DNA of 64,000 nt from a virus. Location of the stretch: positions 1-64,000 of IMG/VR virus record IMGVR_UViG_3300009164_000056; one strand, given 5' to 3'. The position numbers were made by a program, and so were the translations under genes. The notes beneath the pieces were generated by a model that worked only from the letters and a program-made list of their open reading frames with translations, was not told the origin of the DNA and made no database searches. Each line of letters opens with the position of its first letter. Within the stretch, counting starts at the first letter, position 1. This document shows, one piece after another, positions 17,818 through 27,257 of the stretch.

Positions 17818-19434
17818 ATGGCAACTCCAGTATTAAATAATGGGATTTTCCTAAGAGACACTAGCTACAAAGCAAGTTCTCATGTTGATTCTTATCACTT
17901 GACTCAGATGCTAGGTTCAGCAGAACCTATGGATATGGGACCAATTGATTTGTGGGCAATGACTCAAAAAGTTGAAATGCCTCTTTATCAAATGGCTTCA
18001 TTTGGTGGAAAGAATACAATCATGGTGGACAATGCTCGTGGTGAGTACAAATGGCAAACTCCTATTGCGCAAGATCTTCCATACATTGTGGCAGACATTG
18101 AACCAGCTAATGCCGCTAAAGGTGTAGATGGAACAACATTCAAAATTAAAATTTCTAAAAGAACATTTGGACATGGTGATATCATCACTTATGACAAATA
18201 CAATGGATTAGAACTTTACATCACAGCTGATGATATCATCCCTGCTGGTGACGGTTTTATCTATACTGTTCAATTAGTAAACAACAACAACGTAGCTAGC
18301 TTAGACAATAAGTATTTAGCTAAAGGTACTAAGTTCTTCAGAAAAGGTTCTGCAAGAGGTGAGTACGGAGAAAGATTCTCTGACATTGAAACAGGTTCTG
18401 GTTTCCGTGAGTTCTACAACTTTGTAGGAGGAGCTGAAGCACACGTACATTATTCTATTTCTAGCCGTGCTGATCTTATGATCAAAGGTGGTTTGAATGC
18501 AGATGGTACTGTACCTGTAACTGAAATCTGGAGAAACTTTGGTGCAAACAATGATCCTGCTGTACCTAGTATTGAAGGATTAATTGCTAACATGGGTAAA
18601 GCTGGTGCAAGAGAAGCATTTGAAAATGGTTCATTGACTAGAACATTTATCACAAACATGGAAGCTGCGCATTTATCTAAAATTGCTTCTGACATTGAAA
18701 CTTACTTAATGTGGGGTAAAGGTGGTAGAATCAAACAAGATGGTCCAGATGATATTAGATTATCTGTGGGATTATGGGCACAGTTGGATAACTCATTCAA
18801 AAGAGTTTACAACAAGTCTTCTTTCACACTTGATATGTTTAAATCTGAATTGTATAACTTCTACCAAGGTAAAGTTGAGTTCAAAGGTCCAGATCCACAA
18901 AGATCACTTGTTGTTCAAACAGGTATTGGTGGTATGCAATTGATCAACAAAGCTATTGCTGATGAAGTATATGGTTCTGGTTTAGTACAAAATGCTAGTG
19001 ATATTGGAGCTGTTAAAGGTTCTGGAATGGATCTAGATTATGGATTTGCTTACACTTCATTTACTATTCCTTTCTTAGCTAACGTTAAGTTTGTATTGAA
19101 CCCTGCGTTTGATAACTTGAATACTAATGATATTGAGAATCCATTAATTGATGGCCGTCCATTAAGTTCTTATAGCTTCATTATCTTTGACGTAACAGAT
19201 GAAGGAAATGATAACATCCATTTATTGAAATTATCTTGGGATAATCAATTGAAATGGTTCTACCAAAATGGAACTATGGATTACATGGGAAGAACTCAAG
19301 GTTTTGCATCTACTGGTAACTTCAACGGATACCGTGTAATGATGTCACAAACTATGCCTGCTATTTGGGTTAAGGATCCAACTAAAGTCTTGAAAATTGT
19401 AATGAGAAACCCAATTACTGGTGGATCATTCTAA
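17818..19434 (+). CDS. major capsid protein
   Basis: 538 aa in the canonical position; strongly biased codons (TTC, AAC, GGT) suggest high expression; followed by a terminator. Confidence 0.85.
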   Translation: MATPVLNNGIFLRDTSYKASSHVDSYHLTQMLGSAEPMDMGPIDLWAMTQKVEMPLYQMASFGGKNTIMVDNARGEYKWQTPIAQDLPYIVADIEPANAAKGVDGTTFKIKISKRTFGHGDIITYDKYNGLELYITADDIIPAGDGFIYTVQLVNNNNVASLDNKYLAKGTKFFRKGSARGEYGERFSDIETGSGFREFYNFVGGAEAHVHYSISSRADLMIKGGLNADGTVPVTEIWRNFGANNDPAVPSIEGLIANMGKAGAREAFENGSLTRTFITNMEAAHLSKIASDIETYLMWGKGGRIKQDGPDDIRLSVGLWAQLDNSFKRVYNKSSFTLDMFKSELYNFYQGKVEFKGPDPQRSLVVQTGIGGMQLINKAIADEVYGSGLVQNASDIGAVKGSGMDLDYGFAYTSFTIPFLANVKFVLNPAFDNLNTNDIENPLIDGRPLSSYSFIIFDVTDEGNDNIHLLKLSWDNQLKWFYQNGTMDYMGRTQGFASTGNFNGYRVMMSQTMPAIWVKDPTKVLKIVMRNPITGGSF

Positions 19435-19451
19435 TAATCAATAATTAAAAC

Positions 19452-19483
19452 GGGAGGCAGGGTAAAAGCTCCTCCCTTTTTTT
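19452..19483 (+). terminator. intrinsic terminator after the capsid gene
   Basis: GGGAGG...CCTCCC followed by TTTTTTT. Confidence 0.75.
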
Positions 19484-19504
19484 AATTTTTAAAATATAAA
19501 GAAA

Positions 19505-19705
19505 ATGGCACTAGATATAAAAAAAGCAAACAAAACATATGAGTTTTCAAACTTAAATGTTTCTGAGATAGTTGCCTCAAAAGCTGTAGGTAAAGATATA
19601 CTAGATAGAGATTATGCAGATAATGCTGCGGCAAAAGCAGCAGGATTAGGTAATGGAGATTTGTATCACACAGCAGGAGTATTAAAAATTGTTTACGCGG
19701 CTTAA
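19505..19705 (+). CDS. small virion protein, decoration/fibre-like
   Basis: YADNAAAKAAGL..GDLYHTAGVLKIV motif recalled from fibre and decoration proteins; directly after the capsid gene. Confidence 0.55.
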   Translation: MALDIKKANKTYEFSNLNVSEIVASKAVGKDILDRDYADNAAAKAAGLGNGDLYHTAGVLKIVYAA

Positions 19706-19828
19706 GTCAAATAAACTAGAGTAAGAATAAAAACCTTACTTTAGAAATATTAATAATAATAAATTGTACATAATTATGTACTTTTGACAATGAGAAAACA
19801 ATTATTAAATTTTAAAGAAAACCAAATT

Positions 19829-20845
19829 ATGAATGATTACACAATTGTAGAAAAGTATCAGCAAACAAAAAGTCAAACTATTGCTATACGCCCTTATTTT
19901 AACTCTTCAAAAGAGAACATGGGTTTAGAGCATTACGGATTAGCTTTGCATGATGGAGTATTTCATGAAGAAACATTAGCTTGTTTAGAAATGAATGGGG
20001 TTAAACGTTATGTTACAGGATTAAATGAATTTGCTCCTGATGTAAAAATGTTACCTGCAAAAGAAAAGGAAGCAAAGATCAAAGAGATTAGAAAAGTTGT
20101 TTCTCAATTAGAAGCTGAATTAGCTGCTAATGTTGTTGCTGTTGATGACAAAGATTTTTGGAACAAGCTTACAGTAATGAAGCCTGATAATTCAAAGTTT
20201 TGGGATAAGATTAGTTTAAGATGTGGTAATGATCCTGTATTTTTAGATCCAGATAAAGATCCTTATGACTTAATTAAATTACATGCTATTCATGCGGGAG
20301 GTTTTTCTATTGTAGCAAAATCATTAAGAGAAGCAAGAGAATCAGGTAATCCACCTAAATTCTATCTTGATACAATGGAAGAAACATTAAGTACTAGAAC
20401 AGAACTTAGTAAATTAAAAAACAAAGCATTAGTTGAACTACAAAAAATGTATGACTCAAATGCTGCAAAATTAATGTATGTTGCTAAAATCTGTGATGCT
20501 GATAGTGTACAGTATGTGAAAAATACACCTAATGATATTCTTTATGAAAACATGGATGAGTATATTCATGGTAATGGTGCTGAGTCTTCAAAGAAAAGAG
20601 CAGCTTCACAATTCTTGGAGATATCTTTATTATCAATGGAAGAATTAAAAATAAGAGCTTTGATTAAAGACTCTTTATATTATAGATTTATTACTACTAA
20701 AGCTGGAGGTTGGATTGAACCAATTGATAGTGGAATTAGATTAGGTAAGTCACCATCTGAATGTTTAGAATTTTTGAAAAATCCAGAGAATGAAGAAACA
20801 TTGATGTCATTACTTAATAAAGTAGAGCCGTACTGGAACTCCTAA
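19829..20845 (+). CDS. conserved crAss-like head-module protein (gene75-like)
   Basis: Synteny after the capsid gene. Start moved from TTG 19784 to ATG 19829, which has the leader AAAACCAAATT. Confidence 0.6.
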   Translation: MNDYTIVEKYQQTKSQTIAIRPYFNSSKENMGLEHYGLALHDGVFHEETLACLEMNGVKRYVTGLNEFAPDVKMLPAKEKEAKIKEIRKVVSQLEAELAANVVAVDDKDFWNKLTVMKPDNSKFWDKISLRCGNDPVFLDPDKDPYDLIKLHAIHAGGFSIVAKSLREARESGNPPKFYLDTMEETLSTRTELSKLKNKALVELQKMYDSNAAKLMYVAKICDADSVQYVKNTPNDILYENMDEYIHGNGAESSKKRAASQFLEISLLSMEELKIRALIKDSLYYRFITTKAGGWIEPIDSGIRLGKSPSECLEFLKNPENEETLMSLLNKVEPYWNS

Positions 20846-20855
20846 AATATAAAAA

Positions 20856-21563
20856 ATGGATAATAACACACTCTTAATTAAATTAAAGCAGAGATTAAAT
20901 AAACTAGATAGCCAAGACTATGATAACATAGAATGTTGGCAGTTTGTTGAAGCATTTAATAAAGTACAAGTTGACTGGTGCAGAAGAAATTTGCATGGTG
21001 GTAATATGTATAAAGAGGGTGATGAATTATCTAAAAGAAGAATTGATGATTTGCAACCCCTGTTGAGAGAGTTATCTTTAACAGGTGTTGTAACTGATCA
21101 GTACTTTGAAACAAATAACTTTCCAGTGAGTACTTATTTAGAATACAAAAGAGTAAGTACAGATGCTACAAGTGAATGTTGTCCTGTTCCTAGATCAATG
21201 ACTGTATATTTAGCTGAAGAAGCTAATGTTTCTCTATTACTAAGAGATCCATTGAAGGATCCAAACTTTGAATGGGGTGAAACATTTTGTACAATGTTGG
21301 GAAACAAAATTAGAATCTATAGAAAACAAGATTTTAATATTGTAAATCCTGTATTGACTTACTATCAAAAACCAGTGTATATTCAAATACTAGGTTGTGT
21401 TGATCCATATACAGGAGTTGTTAGTACAGCTAACATACCTTGTCAATTTAAAGATGATGTAGTTGAGGTATTATTAGATGACACAGCTTCACTTATTGCA
21501 GGAGATATAGAGAATATTTATCAACAACAAAGGGGCCAAGGTTCTGCTGAAAGAAATAACTAA
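20856..21563 (+). CDS. head-tail connector/ring protein (gene74-like)
   Basis: LNKLDSQ, FNKVQ, KRRIDDLQPL and LTYYQKP motifs in the crAss-like position. Confidence 0.65.
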   Translation: MDNNTLLIKLKQRLNKLDSQDYDNIECWQFVEAFNKVQVDWCRRNLHGGNMYKEGDELSKRRIDDLQPLLRELSLTGVVTDQYFETNNFPVSTYLEYKRVSTDATSECCPVPRSMTVYLAEEANVSLLLRDPLKDPNFEWGETFCTMLGNKIRIYRKQDFNIVNPVLTYYQKPVYIQILGCVDPYTGVVSTANIPCQFKDDVVEVLLDDTASLIAGDIENIYQQQRGQGSAERNN

Positions 21564-21565
21564 TC

Positions 21566-22012
21566 ATGAGAGCATTAAAAACTAAAAATACTGAAGAAAA
21601 AAGTGAAAAAACTTTAAAAAGACCCAATGCTGAATTAGGTCAAGAAACAGCTCAAGTAGTTACAGCTTTAATGAATGCAGCTACTAGTTTGCATAAATTA
21701 CATTTACAAATTACAGGTGTGGGTTCATATGCACAACATATAGCTTTAAATGAGTTATATGATACAATGCATGGTCACGCAGATACATTAGCTGAAGGAT
21801 TTCAGGGAGCATCTGAAACATTATTAAAATATGAAAATGATGCACCTATAGTATTAAATAGTGTAAAAGAGGCAATTGTATATTTAAGAGAATTGACAGA
21901 AGAGGTGGTAGAATTACAATCAATTATGCCTTACTCAGAAATTGTAAACAACTTGGATCTTGTAAAAGATTCAATTAATTCTGCAAAATATAAATTAATT
22001 TTCTTATCATAA
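21566..22012 (+). CDS. ferritin/Dps-like protein
   Basis: HKLHLQITG..SYAQHIALNELYD....HADTLAE matches the Dps ferroxidase helix pattern. Confidence 0.8.
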   Translation: MRALKTKNTEEKSEKTLKRPNAELGQETAQVVTALMNAATSLHKLHLQITGVGSYAQHIALNELYDTMHGHADTLAEGFQGASETLLKYENDAPIVLNSVKEAIVYLRELTEEVVELQSIMPYSEIVNNLDLVKDSINSAKYKLIFLS

Positions 22013-22096
22013 TTGGAAATTAAAAAGTTTTGCTTATATTGTATATGTACACGTAGTACAAATTTATATATTTATTAACAACAAAAAACAAAAATT

Positions 22097-23560
22097 ATGG
22101 CTTATTTTAATCATGCGTTTTACAAAACGTTTGTTGCTACTTCAACCCAAGCGGCTGCAGGTACTGCAACTTCAGCATTAACTGCTGGACAGCTAGGTTT
22201 AGTTACTGATTCAACATGGCAAACAATTGCTATTTCTGGAGGTACTTTACCTGCTAACTCATTAGCTTATCTTGTACAAGGTAGCTATTACACTAAAGAT
22301 ACTATTGGAAACAATCCAGGTAACGGTGGTTACAAGGAATCTGTTAAATCAAAAGGTATTAATCCTAAATTTATTTCAAGAGTATGGGTTACCAATTGTT
22401 TATTGGCTCAACAATCTACTGCTTCTTTGTCATTAGCATCTAATTGCGCTCCTTGTGGAAAAACTCAATTCATGAGAATGGATGTTAAGGGTTCTCCAAC
22501 ATTGCGTTTCTTAAATCACAATGCTTATTCTATTGGTGATAGTGCAAACATTTGCTGTATTGATGGACAAGAATTTTTGGATCCGGCATTAGTTTCTGCT
22601 ACTATGGCTCAAATGGTTCTTGCTAATCCTTTAATTACTCCATTTGTTGCTGAAGGTGACGTTAATGGTGTATTGACTGCTACATTAGCTGGTGGTTCTG
22701 GATACTCTGTTGCTTCTGGTGTTGCTACTACTGGTGGTTCTGGATCAGGTTTTAAAGTTAATATTTTAACTGTAACAACTGGTGCTATTGCTACTTATAG
22801 CGTTGCTGCACGTGGTGCTGGATATGTAGTAGGTGATGTATTAACAGTTGCTGGTGGAACTGGTGGAACTTTAACAGTTACTGCTCTTACTGCTGGTGGT
22901 GTTGTAGTTACTGCAACTACTGGTGCTGTAAGTGTACAGTCTGTATATACTATTGCTCAAACTTTAGGTACAGCTACTTCTGGAAATTATGTTCCTTCAA
23001 CTGATCCTAATGGTGCAACTAAAGTTAGTGCTACAGTTAATTTTGTAGGAGCTTATGTTGATACTAAGTTTGGTAATTGTTCATTTGATACTAGAGATCA
23101 TTTTAACGCTGAACCTGTAGTTATCATTGCTTCTATTCTTGATGAAACTGGAAATCCATGTAATGATTGTGGTGTTGCTACAAGCACTCCTGGTCAAATG
23201 CAACAAACTCAAGGTGAAAATGTAGTTAGAGATTTAATTTTATCTGAATCATACAGACAGTCTCCTTTTAACCAAGGAAATACTGATAGTGCAAGAATCA
23301 GAGAAATTGAAATGTCTGATGAGCTTTTAGCTGCTGTAGATAGATCTGCTATTTATAAAGCATACTATATTCAACATACTGTTCCAAGATTTAACAACCC
23401 AAGTGGTGTGTTTGATAATGATCAATATGTTTACCAAATATATGTAAAATGCTCTGATACAACTGCTAACACAAATGTATTAGCATTAGTTAACAAAGTA
23501 GTTGCTTTAGCAAATACTGCTGGTAATAACATTGCATTAGAAACTAACTCTTACTGGTAA
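22097..23560 (+). CDS. abundant virion protein (gene73/auxiliary capsid-like) with a Gly/Thr-rich insert
   Basis: Synteny, biased codon usage, its own terminator, and an internal GGSGY...GAGY..GDVLTV module. Confidence 0.6.
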   Translation: MAYFNHAFYKTFVATSTQAAAGTATSALTAGQLGLVTDSTWQTIAISGGTLPANSLAYLVQGSYYTKDTIGNNPGNGGYKESVKSKGINPKFISRVWVTNCLLAQQSTASLSLASNCAPCGKTQFMRMDVKGSPTLRFLNHNAYSIGDSANICCIDGQEFLDPALVSATMAQMVLANPLITPFVAEGDVNGVLTATLAGGSGYSVASGVATTGGSGSGFKVNILTVTTGAIATYSVAARGAGYVVGDVLTVAGGTGGTLTVTALTAGGVVVTATTGAVSVQSVYTIAQTLGTATSGNYVPSTDPNGATKVSATVNFVGAYVDTKFGNCSFDTRDHFNAEPVVIIASILDETGNPCNDCGVATSTPGQMQQTQGENVVRDLILSESYRQSPFNQGNTDSARIREIEMSDELLAAVDRSAIYKAYYIQHTVPRFNNPSGVFDNDQYVYQIYVKCSDTTANTNVLALVNKVVALANTAGNNIALETNSYW

Positions 23561-23595
23561 TCAATATACCTTAAGAGGTTGATTTTTTAAAATTT

Positions 23596-23631
23596 AGAGT
23601 AGGGGCCAAAAACTCCTACTCTTTTTTTTTT
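23596..23631 (+). terminator. intrinsic terminator
   Basis: AGAGTAGGGG-N7-CTCCTACTCT followed by a T run. Confidence 0.85.
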
Positions 23632-23687
23632 CTTTATACTAATTTTTTTGTATATTGTATATATAGTGTATTAAAATAAATATAAAA

Positions 23688-24260
23688 ATGGCTGACAAAC
23701 ATATATTAAGCTTAGAAATACCAACAGTATCTAACTGCAATCTTTTATGTATTAAAGATACTAGTCAGTATTCTTCAGAACTTGCTGTTGATTGTGAGGA
23801 ATTATTAATTACACTTCCTGGATTTACAGTACCTGTATTAATAAAAGTAACAAAAGGTTTTGATATGTGCTTAACAGCATGTACACTTGCAATACAAAAT
23901 ATTAATTGTGGAACTATACAACAAGAGATTCCTGATGGAATTTATGTTGTTAGGTATAGTGTTTCTCCTAATTTAAAAGTTTATGTTGAATATAATCATT
24001 TAAGAGTAACTAGATTGATGACAAAATACTATGAAGTATTATGTGATCTAGATATTCAAGCATGTCAACCTCAATCATATAAACAAGAACTTTTAAATGA
24101 AATGAGTTATATTAAGATTATGATTGATGCTGCTGTAGCTAATGTTGAATATTGTCAATCTTCAGCTCAAGGCATGCAGTTATACAATTATGCAAAAGAT
24201 AGATTAAATAAAGTAATTTGCCCATCAGGAAATTGTGGTGGCAAAACATACCTATACTAA
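23688..24260 (+). CDS. Cys-rich virion protein, tail hub/ring-like
   Basis: IKDTSQY and IPDGIYVVRYSV motifs; position at the start of the tail cluster. Confidence 0.55.
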   Translation: MADKHILSLEIPTVSNCNLLCIKDTSQYSSELAVDCEELLITLPGFTVPVLIKVTKGFDMCLTACTLAIQNINCGTIQQEIPDGIYVVRYSVSPNLKVYVEYNHLRVTRLMTKYYEVLCDLDIQACQPQSYKQELLNEMSYIKIMIDAAVANVEYCQSSAQGMQLYNYAKDRLNKVICPSGNCGGKTYLY

Positions 24261-24315
24261 TAGTATATACTAAAAGTATATTATAAAGATTTAAATAAAC
24301 CAAAAATAAATTAAT

Positions 24316-24519
24316 ATGAATTGTGCAAATTGTAATAAGACGTTTACCTGTGGTTGTCAAAAAGCATTTGATGATCAAGGAACAGCCATATGTAAAACAT
24401 GTGTTAATGAATGGACTGATAAAAAATTAAGTAGTCAAGCTCCTTTAAAGGAGTTACCTACAAGAGATTTAAATTTAGAACTAGCAGCTCAACAAATTAG
24501 AGATCTGAGAAATAAATAA
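24316..24519 (+). CDS. small Zn-finger-like protein
   Basis: CANC...CGCQ...CKTC. Confidence 0.65.
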   Translation: MNCANCNKTFTCGCQKAFDDQGTAICKTCVNEWTDKKLSSQAPLKELPTRDLNLELAAQQIRDLRNK

Positions 24520-24521
24520 AT

Positions 24522-25022
24522 ATGGAGCAAGCACTTATTAAAAGAATTAAGACTGAACAAAATTTTGCAGTACAAGCATATACAAATTTTAAAGAAATTA
24601 AATTTGGGATAGAACCATGCTGCTATGTTGATTTTGAAACAGCAACTTTAAATAAGTATTTATGTGATTGGCAAAATAGTGCCTCTAATAAAGTAGTTAT
24701 TGATAGTGGAATAATGGGTATATTTATTGAACCATTGGCAATAATCAATACTGAAGCAAGTATGGCTTGTCCAGTTGTACCTACTAATGTTTGTACAATA
24801 ATTGATTTAGAGAATATTTTATGTAATACAGGAACTTATATACACACACAAGATGTGCCATTAGCAGTTTGGGTTATAAACCATAATTTAGAAAGTTTTC
24901 CATCAGTGACAGTAGTTGATAATTTAAATCATGTTGTAGTTGGAGATATAGTTTATAATAGTTCACATACATTAACAATAACATTCAGTTCTGCTTTTGC
25001 AGGATATGCATATTTAAATTAA
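24522..25022 (+). CDS. virion protein with C-terminal beta module
   Basis: HTQ....VWVINHNL..FPSVTVVD...GDIVY.....LTITF; a related module ends the 25049 protein. Confidence 0.65.
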   Translation: MEQALIKRIKTEQNFAVQAYTNFKEIKFGIEPCCYVDFETATLNKYLCDWQNSASNKVVIDSGIMGIFIEPLAIINTEASMACPVVPTNVCTIIDLENILCNTGTYIHTQDVPLAVWVINHNLESFPSVTVVDNLNHVVVGDIVYNSSHTLTITFSSAFAGYAYLN

Positions 25023-25048
25023 AAAAAAATAACTAAAAAAATATAATC

Positions 25049-27154
25049 ATGGCAATCAAGTATTTAAGTAGTATAAATCTAAATCAAAATGAACTACAGT
25101 TTGCTGTAATTCAGAACTTAGGTGCAGTTCCTGGAACCTCAACGGAAGGACAAATTTATTATGACACAGTAACAGATAAGTTACAGTTAAAAACTGCTGC
25201 AGGTTGGGTACCAATTCAATCAGGAACAGATTTTAATACAACATATACTTTGGCTACAGCTCCAACAGGAACTGCAATCAGATTAACGGGTAGTGATTCT
25301 ACTACCAATGATGTTACTTTAACTGGTGCAGGTACTGTTGTTGTTACAAGAACAAGTGCAAACACATTAACAATTACAGGAACTGATTCTGCTGCAGGTA
25401 CGGTAACTTCAGTAGTTGCTGGTACGGGTATTTCTATTACCGGAACTGCTACTATTACTCCTACAGTAAACATTCTTTATGCTGGTGCTTCAAATGCAAT
25501 CTTAGCTGCAACAACAGCTACTCCAGTTGGTGCTGATACATTATGGTTTAGTGATGCTACAGATAGTACAATTAAGAAAGCTTTACTTTCCACATTCCCT
25601 GGATTTGGTGCTGATGGTACTGTAACAAACGTTACTGGTGTTAACTCTACATTTATTTCAACTGCAGTAGCTACTGGAACAACAACTCCTGCTATTACAG
25701 CTAGTTTAAGTGCAACGGGTACACCAAGCGCATCTACTTATTTAAGAGGTGATAATACATGGGCATCTGTTCCTGCTGCTTATTCTTGGTCTATTGGTGC
25801 TACTACGGGACTTGCACAAAATGTTGGAAATGGTGCATTGGTAAGAATCCTTGCAGGTTCTGGTATTACAAGTACAGTAGCTGCAGGTGCTGGTGATCCA
25901 ACTGTAACTATTGTGAATACAGGGGTATTAGCACTTACTGCAGGAACTAACGTTTCTATTACAGGTACACAAGCAAACTTAACTATTAATGCAACTGACC
26001 AATATACAGGTACTGTAACAAATATTGCTACGGGTGCTGGTTTAACTGGTGGTCCTATTACTTCTACTGGTACAATTGCTGTTAAATACACATTTGCAGG
26101 TAACATTATAGATGCAGCACCTGCTGGATTACCTGGAGTAGCTCAAGATTATATTTTACTACATAATTTTATAACAAATAATGCTGAAAAGTCTCAACTT
26201 GGTGCAATATCAATAAGTGAATTAGATACACCTTCTGCAGATTTAAATATTAATACATTTAAATTAATTAATGTTGTTAACCCAACAAATGCTCAAGATG
26301 CTGCAACTAAAAACTACGTAGATACTACATTTGCTGGTTCTGGTGCATTAATTTATCAAGGTGGTTATAATGCATCTACAAATACACCTAATTTAGATGT
26401 ACCTCCTACAGGTACTATTAATAAAGGATTTACATATACTGTTACAGTAGATGGTGTATTCTTTGGAGAACAAGTTAGAGTAGGTGATTTGCTTATTGCA
26501 AACATTAATACTCCAACTGTATTAGGAGACTGGACAAGAGTACAAAATAACATTGACTTAGCTACTACAACTACTGTAGGTATTGCTAGCTTTGCTGCTG
26601 CAAGTTTTGCTGTAAGTGCTGCTGGTGAGGTTACCATTAAAAATGGTGGTGTAATTTTAGGTACGCAAACTACAGGATCTTATAACCCTACTGTTGGTAC
26701 AACAGCAAGTGTTAACATTGGAAATAATAGCACATTTGGTACTTTAGTATTTAATGATATTACATTAACAAATGGTGTAATTACATCATATACTACTGAA
26801 TACATTCAGTCATCAAGTACAACTAATCCTGGTGTAATTTTAATTGCAACAGATGTTGAAGCAACTGCTGGTTCAGTTACTACTAAAGCTGTTACTCCGG
26901 CACAATTGATTTCTAATGCAACTTCAGTAGCTAATACTGCTATAACAAGTAGAGAATTTAAAACATCTCTTGCTGCATCGGGTGTTGTATCACATAATAT
27001 GAACTCATTTGATGTAATGGTACAATTGTATGATTCACTTACTTTTGAAACTGTTTATGCAGATGTAGTTAGAACAAGTTCAAATGCAGTTACTGTTACT
27101 TTTGGTGCTGTTCCTACAAATCCTATCAAAATATTAATTATTAAAATAGGATAA
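25049..27154 (+). CDS. Thr/Gly-rich tail fibre protein
   Basis: GTVTSV.AGTGI repeats, NVVNPTNAQDAATKNYVD and YQGGYNASTNTP fibre motifs. Confidence 0.8.
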   Translation: MAIKYLSSINLNQNELQFAVIQNLGAVPGTSTEGQIYYDTVTDKLQLKTAAGWVPIQSGTDFNTTYTLATAPTGTAIRLTGSDSTTNDVTLTGAGTVVVTRTSANTLTITGTDSAAGTVTSVVAGTGISITGTATITPTVNILYAGASNAILAATTATPVGADTLWFSDATDSTIKKALLSTFPGFGADGTVTNVTGVNSTFISTAVATGTTTPAITASLSATGTPSASTYLRGDNTWASVPAAYSWSIGATTGLAQNVGNGALVRILAGSGITSTVAAGAGDPTVTIVNTGVLALTAGTNVSITGTQANLTINATDQYTGTVTNIATGAGLTGGPITSTGTIAVKYTFAGNIIDAAPAGLPGVAQDYILLHNFITNNAEKSQLGAISISELDTPSADLNINTFKLINVVNPTNAQDAATKNYVDTTFAGSGALIYQGGYNASTNTPNLDVPPTGTINKGFTYTVTVDGVFFGEQVRVGDLLIANINTPTVLGDWTRVQNNIDLATTTTVGIASFAAASFAVSAAGEVTIKNGGVILGTQTTGSYNPTVGTTASVNIGNNSTFGTLVFNDITLTNGVITSYTTEYIQSSSTTNPGVILIATDVEATAGSVTTKAVTPAQLISNATSVANTAITSREFKTSLAASGVVSHNMNSFDVMVQLYDSLTFETVYADVVRTSSNAVTVTFGAVPTNPIKILIIKIG

Positions 27155-27170
27155 ATAACACTTTTATATT

Positions 27171-27209
27171 AAGGGGGGATTTCATAAATTCATGGTTTCC
27201 CCCTTTTTT
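27171..27209 (+). terminator. intrinsic terminator
   Basis: AAGGGGG...CCCCCTT followed by a T run. Confidence 0.65.
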
Positions 27210-27257
27210 ATAAATTAAAAATTGTACTTTTGGTACCAATATAAAATAAAATTATAG

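Noticed and set aside
11386-19434. Introns or inteins in terminase, portal or capsid genes
   Set aside because: The ORFs are continuous and of plausible length, with no intein or homing-endonuclease motifs seen.
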